A program made the position numbers and the translations under genes. The notes below the pieces were generated by a model. It was not told where the DNA came from. It saw only the letters and a program-made list of their open reading frames with translations, and ran no database searches. Shown here one piece after another: positions 60,146 to 64,000 of a stretch of DNA of 64,000 bases (position 1 is the stretch's first letter; each line of letters begins with the position of its first letter). Source of the DNA: Nitrospirota bacterium (GTDB lineage: Bacteria; Nitrospirota; UBA9217); contig CAVVUN010000001.1 in assembly GCA_963751455.1 (NCBI GenBank), positions 544,001 to 608,000 on the forward strand, written 5' to 3'.

Positions 60146-60204
60146 GACTAACGCCGACGTGAGGAACGCGGTTGTCAGCGTTTCTCTCGACGGCGAGGTT
60201 AAAA
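60146..60204 (-). other. attC site
   Basis: GACTAAC gccgacgtgaggaacgcg...cgtttctctcgacggc..GTTAAAA. Confidence 0.9.
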
Positions 60205-60249
60205 AACTGATTTTATCTCAGCTTTACTGAATTCGACCAGAAAGTGCAT

Positions 60250-61047
60250 CTATTTTATCTCTGACATTAACATAGCCCGGAACGTAGGTTCCCAAGTATC
60301 CTTAGGCAACTCAATTAATTTGCTTCTCACATCTGCTATATTAGCGGCGGTAAGTTCGTTGAATTTTAAGCGCGAGAGGTCAGATGTAACATCAACCATT
60401 GGCATGGTTTTAAGATCAGCCCGCCAGCTTTTTTGAACGCGGGTGAGAAATCTGGTTGCGAGTGGTTTCCCAGTTGGACCATCTATAACTACAACGGTAG
60501 CAACGAGATGAAGGATTGAGAAGCCCGTAGAATCACCCATTCCTCGTGAATAAAAACCTGCTCCTCTCATAACTTGACCAAGAGCTCCCGTAAAGAAATC
60601 ACCTATTTCACCCTTGATAACAAGAACGATAGCATCAAGTGAATTGACTCTGGCGAAATCGCGTAGTTTCTCTTCCACTGCGCTCCATTTAGGAGTTCGG
60701 AATGCGGGAGCATCCCACGGGCCGTTCAGGTCATATACCGGGTAAAATTGGCTTCGATCATGAGAGACGTGAACTACTTGAAAAAGTCCTAGTTTTTCTA
60801 AAGCGCCTTGTATTTGTAAATCGTATTCGTCATCGACTTTCCATGTTGAGATATCCTGTTTCTCGAATTCGTTTCCAAAGACTGTAAGACCTGTATGGCG
60901 ACGTTGAAAATCATGGGCAGTCAGTGAGATTGCGCCCACTCTCTTCATTTTAGCTATTGCATCAGCATCGACCCTTAAGGTAGCGCAACCAGTAAGAATA
61001 GCAAGCAATGACACTGCCGCAACTAACAATCGTAAATGAAATAACAT
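60250..61047 (-). CDS. Gene cassette: lipoprotein
   Basis: Lipobox LTGC; bounded by attC sites. Confidence 0.8.
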   Translation of the reverse strand: MLFHLRLLVAAVSLLAILTGCATLRVDADAIAKMKRVGAISLTAHDFQRRHTGLTVFGNEFEKQDISTWKVDDEYDLQIQGALEKLGLFQVVHVSHDRSQFYPVYDLNGPWDAPAFRTPKWSAVEEKLRDFARVNSLDAIVLVIKGEIGDFFTGALGQVMRGAGFYSRGMGDSTGFSILHLVATVVVIDGPTGKPLATRFLTRVQKSWRADLKTMPMVDVTSDLSRLKFNELTAANIADVRSKLIELPKDTWEPTFRAMLMSEIK

Positions 61048-61067
61048 AAATCCTCCAATGCCTCGGA

Positions 61068-61126
61068 CTTTAACGCGGCGCTGACGCGCCGCCTTTGGCG
61101 CGTCGCAGTCGAGCGCCAGGTTGGAA
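61068..61126 (-). other. attC site
   Basis: CTTTAAC gcggcgctgacgcgcc...ggcgcgtc..cagtcgagcgcc..GTTGGAA. Confidence 0.9.
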
Positions 61127-61153
61127 TACTCTGCATTCGTACTGCAAGTGAAT

Positions 61154-62149
61154 TTAAGAAATCAGCTTATGTTTTACAAGATACGCACGACCGGCATGAT
61201 CTATAGACCACATCGTTTGATAATTAACCTTGCTGCATTCTATCATGCGTCTGTCTACGAGTTCTTGCAAATGGTAAAGCACAATTTGCTCAGAAAGACC
61301 GCAATCAGACATAATTGTATAAAGAGGAATATAAGTAGAGCCACAGGCTGCGAGGTATTTAAGAATGTTTATTTGTGTCTCATCAAGATCAACTGGCTTA
61401 GGCAGTTTTTTCGATGTAGCGGGTAAAACAAGGGAATTATCTTTTGATTTATTAGAATTATTCGTCCAAATAAAATATATGTTCAGCTCTGCCTCTTTCT
61501 TGGTTGGGTTGATATGGTCAACGTAACATCGGAAAAAGAATTCGCCGTCATCAACGTGTTCGGTTTTAAAGAAGAATACAGAGTACCGATCTTCCTCGTC
61601 GTTTTCGATCTTGCTCATGTCATAGCAGTATTCGTCGAAGAGCGGCGAGGTTTCGACTTTCTTTATACGGGCGCCATGAGTGAGCATAAATCCATGACTG
61701 AATCCGACCGTAGCCACGTCAGTCATAATTTCTTCTGGCATGTGATCTGATTCATAGGGTGGAGGCATCTTTTTTCGAGAAACATCTTTGAGGGTTATTC
61801 GGAAGAATTGTTTACCGTGCTTGGTTAAAACATCATGATAGGAGTCTAATTCGAGTGATATTTTGTCGTGGTATTTCCAAGGAAAAGTGGAAGGAGTCGG
61901 TTGGTTATCGGAAATATTCGTTTTGTGTTGTCCTTTAAGATCGAGTACCCAATATGAAAGACCTAATATTAATAAGCTGGCGAGGCCAAATGTTATTCGC
62001 AGTAGGTTTTGTGGCTGTGTTTCTTTTGGCCAAGTGGATAATAATTGCAGGATACGAACTTCAAAAATTAAATAAAGAGTGGCCATTGTACCTGTTGCTA
62101 TTAAGGGTATTAGAAATCGGAGTAATTTTTTCATTGTATCTTCTCGCAT
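61154..62149 (-). CDS. Gene cassette: two N-terminal TM helices, unknown middle domain, C-terminal winged-HTH
   Basis: QINILKYL...LSEQIVLYHLQEL....I...W.I...GR.YL wHTH pattern. Confidence 0.7.
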   Translation of the reverse strand: MREDTMKKLLRFLIPLIATGTMATLYLIFEVRILQLLSTWPKETQPQNLLRITFGLASLLILGLSYWVLDLKGQHKTNISDNQPTPSTFPWKYHDKISLELDSYHDVLTKHGKQFFRITLKDVSRKKMPPPYESDHMPEEIMTDVATVGFSHGFMLTHGARIKKVETSPLFDEYCYDMSKIENDEEDRYSVFFFKTEHVDDGEFFFRCYVDHINPTKKEAELNIYFIWTNNSNKSKDNSLVLPATSKKLPKPVDLDETQINILKYLAACGSTYIPLYTIMSDCGLSEQIVLYHLQELVDRRMIECSKVNYQTMWSIDHAGRAYLVKHKLIS

Positions 62150-62161
62150 CAGGTTTATTGA

Positions 62162-62220
62162 ATCTAACGCCGACGTGAGGAACGCGGTTCTCAGCGTTTC
62201 TCTCGACGGAGTTGTTATGA
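62162..62220 (-). other. attC site
   Basis: ATCTAAC...GTTATGA; near-identical to 60146-60204; overlaps stop of 62215-62634. Confidence 0.9.
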
Positions 62221-62634
62221 TCGTACTTTTTTTCGGGTTAACAAATCAGCAGTATAAGCACCAAAGAAAGCAAACAGTGGCGGATATGCATATGTAAAAA
62301 AGAAATTTATTTTATCAGCGATATCGGCATCAGCGGTGAACGAGGTTTTATTTGTCAGTATTCTTATCAAGGAATCAATAAGCCCCACCGATATCGGCCA
62401 TATGTGTGGGAATTTTGAATCGAAAATGAAGTAGGCTGATATGCCAATTAACAAGAAAATTAGCATTACCGGTATTTGTTCTACTAATAAATTTGTGTTA
62501 ATCCCTGCAGCGTCTGTAAAAATTCGCTTCTCTATGAAAAGCGCAAACCATGTTCGCCAAATGGCACTATGGAGTAAAAATGCTAAATAAGCTAGGCCCA
62601 GAGCCGATGTTATCTTTTTCATAGTAGTCATCAT
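62215..62634 (-). CDS. Small multi-TM membrane protein (second gene of AbiV cassette)
   Basis: Hydrophobic ORF 18 nt downstream of AbiV-like gene with no attC between. Confidence 0.7.
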   Translation of the reverse strand: MMTTMKKITSALGLAYLAFLLHSAIWRTWFALFIEKRIFTDAAGINTNLLVEQIPVMLIFLLIGISAYFIFDSKFPHIWPISVGLIDSLIRILTNKTSFTADADIADKINFFFTYAYPPLFAFFGAYTADLLTRKKVRS

Positions 62635-62652
62635 GAGTACTCACGATTTGGT

Positions 62653-63234
62653 TCATTTTGGCTTTTTCAGATTGAAATACGAATTCTCGACCTTAATGAA
62701 AAAACGTTTTGCTTTAGCACGCGAAGCTGCATTAGACCAACAGTCAAATCCGTTAAACCCGAGATCACCGACTTCCTTAAATTTACGAAACACAATTGTT
62801 AGCTCCGAGTACGCCTTCCTTGAACTGAGCATCATTGGAGTGCGAATTCGGCGCTTATGATAGCCGACGTAGATAGCGTTTTGCTTAGCCCGATCCAGAA
62901 CGCCATCAGAAATATCTTTGAGCCTCTTTTTCTTGTAATTACGCATCGGATCGGATGCCCACATTTGCTTATTCTTATGATTGAAAAACATCGGACCTGA
63001 AAAAAGATGGTCTAAAAATTCTTGACCATTGACGTGACGATTAAGAGAGATATCGTCGCAAATATGATCAACCATTTCAAGTTTGCCCAGTTCCTCAAGT
63101 GATAAGATGGCAAACGCAAATGCTGACGGATAGGATCGCCTCTCGAAGAGCGAGCATGCGTCGGCGAACAGCCGGACCGCGTTGATATAAACTTGTTCTT
63201 TGAGTTTGCTTAGTGTTTTCTCTCTTGGGACCAT
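62653..63234 (-). CDS. AbiV-family (HEPN-like) abortive infection protein
   Basis: NA.RL..DA..L....SY.SA...AILSLEELGK, H..KQ, KQ..IYV motifs. Confidence 0.75.
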   Translation of the reverse strand: MVPREKTLSKLKEQVYINAVRLFADACSLFERRSYPSAFAFAILSLEELGKLEMVDHICDDISLNRHVNGQEFLDHLFSGPMFFNHKNKQMWASDPMRNYKKKRLKDISDGVLDRAKQNAIYVGYHKRRIRTPMMLSSRKAYSELTIVFRKFKEVGDLGFNGFDCWSNAASRAKAKRFFIKVENSYFNLKKPK

Positions 63235-63254
63235 AGCTATGCTCGATATTTAAA

Positions 63255-63316
63255 AAATAACACGCGGCTGAGGAGCCGGGCGGCTTTCCCGGCCTCATTC
63301 GAGCCGCATGTTATGA
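63255..63316 (-). other. attC site
   Basis: AAATAAC acgcggctgaggagccggg...cccggcctcattcgagccgcat GTTATGA. Confidence 0.85.
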
Positions 63317-63325
63317 CATCTCAAA

Positions 63326-64000
63326 TTAGGTGTATAGTTCATCCCAATCCTCTCCGAGAACCCATCGAAGTGCTGACAATTTACCGTTCATCATTCCCCA
63401 GTCAAAATCATCATACGGCCCGAGATTATCCTTTCCGTATTTTTCTTCGACTTTTTTGGCGGACGCTAGAGCACCTTTCCATATTTCTGAATTGACCTTC
63501 TCTTTTCCTTCCTCAATCCGTTCCCGCAATACCAAATGCCTGTTATACCAAACCTTCGTGGTGAGCTCTTCTTCGACCGCCAAAATTTCCTTTATTGTCC
63601 GTTCCGGTATTCCAACTAAATCGTACTTTCTTAAAAGGCGCCTTTTTGGTGAGGCCATCTTTTCTAAATTGGGTTTCTCCCAATACTTAATGCGAAATGG
63701 TGGCTTTCGATTTCTTTGGTAATCTTCCAAATAGTCTTTTGCTGCATTAGCAAGAAAGCTTGAAGCAATAATTAGAATTGTATGAGGTCTCTCTGCCTCG
63801 GCCCAAGCTAAGATACCTTGCAGTTTTTCAGGAGGCACGCCTTTTTCGTAGTGTTTGCACTCGACAAACCATTTTTCAAAGTGTTTGCTTTCATCTACGT
63901 CGACATGTTCGTACTCGCAAACGATGTCCCTTCCACGATCCGCTGGGCTTGTGGATAATCCTGTTCCTTTTCGCCAATCAATATTTACAAATCCAATTTC
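63326..64000 (-). CDS. Gene cassette (5' end outside window): Mrr-like PD-(D/E)xK restriction endonuclease
   Basis: Frame stays open to the window edge: ...PADRGRDI...WFVECKHY...; followed by attC. Confidence 0.75.
   Translation of the reverse strand, partial: EIGFVNIDWRKGTGLSTSPADRGRDIVCEYEHVDVDESKHFEKWFVECKHYEKGVPPEKLQGILAWAEAERPHTILIIASSFLANAAKDYLEDYQRNRKPPFRIKYWEKPNLEKMASPKRRLLRKYDLVGIPERTIKEILAVEEELTTKVWYNRHLVLRERIEEGKEKVNSEIWKGALASAKKVEEKYGKDNLGPYDDFDWGMMNGKLSALRWVLGEDWDELYT

Overview
This bacterial window (style suggests Nitrospirota or Desulfobacterota; inference only) has three parts. (1) About 1-16.3 kb is a decaying chromosomal integron. Its long-form intI is truncated before the catalytic Tyr, and AT-rich minus-strand cassettes separated by ~60-bp attC sites lie on both sides of it. 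Two copies of an HUH/Y1 (RAYT-like) transposase gene bracket intI and the canonical array; each copy has 35-bp terminal inverted repeats and iterated AACCTTTAG units at one end. Cassettes include DGQHR + GIY-YIG, a NDT/TIR-like-TPR protein, repeat-rich lipoproteins, gene-less mini-cassettes and two tandem covarying three-way-junction elements. (2) About 17-58.9 kb is GC-richer DNA. It carries hicBA, a ~33-kb aryl-polyene/dialkylresorcinol (flexirubin-like) type II FAS/PKS cluster with three B12-radical SAMs and a radical SAM/SPASM-hotdog fusion, ABC transporters, TetR and AraC loci, and many intergenic palindromic repeats. (3) About 58.9-64 kb is another minus-strand cassette array with the same attC family (AbiV-like, Mrr-like nuclease, membrane proteins) that runs off the window. 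No rRNA, tRNA or CRISPR array was seen. All family calls come from motif recognition by eye, not database searches.
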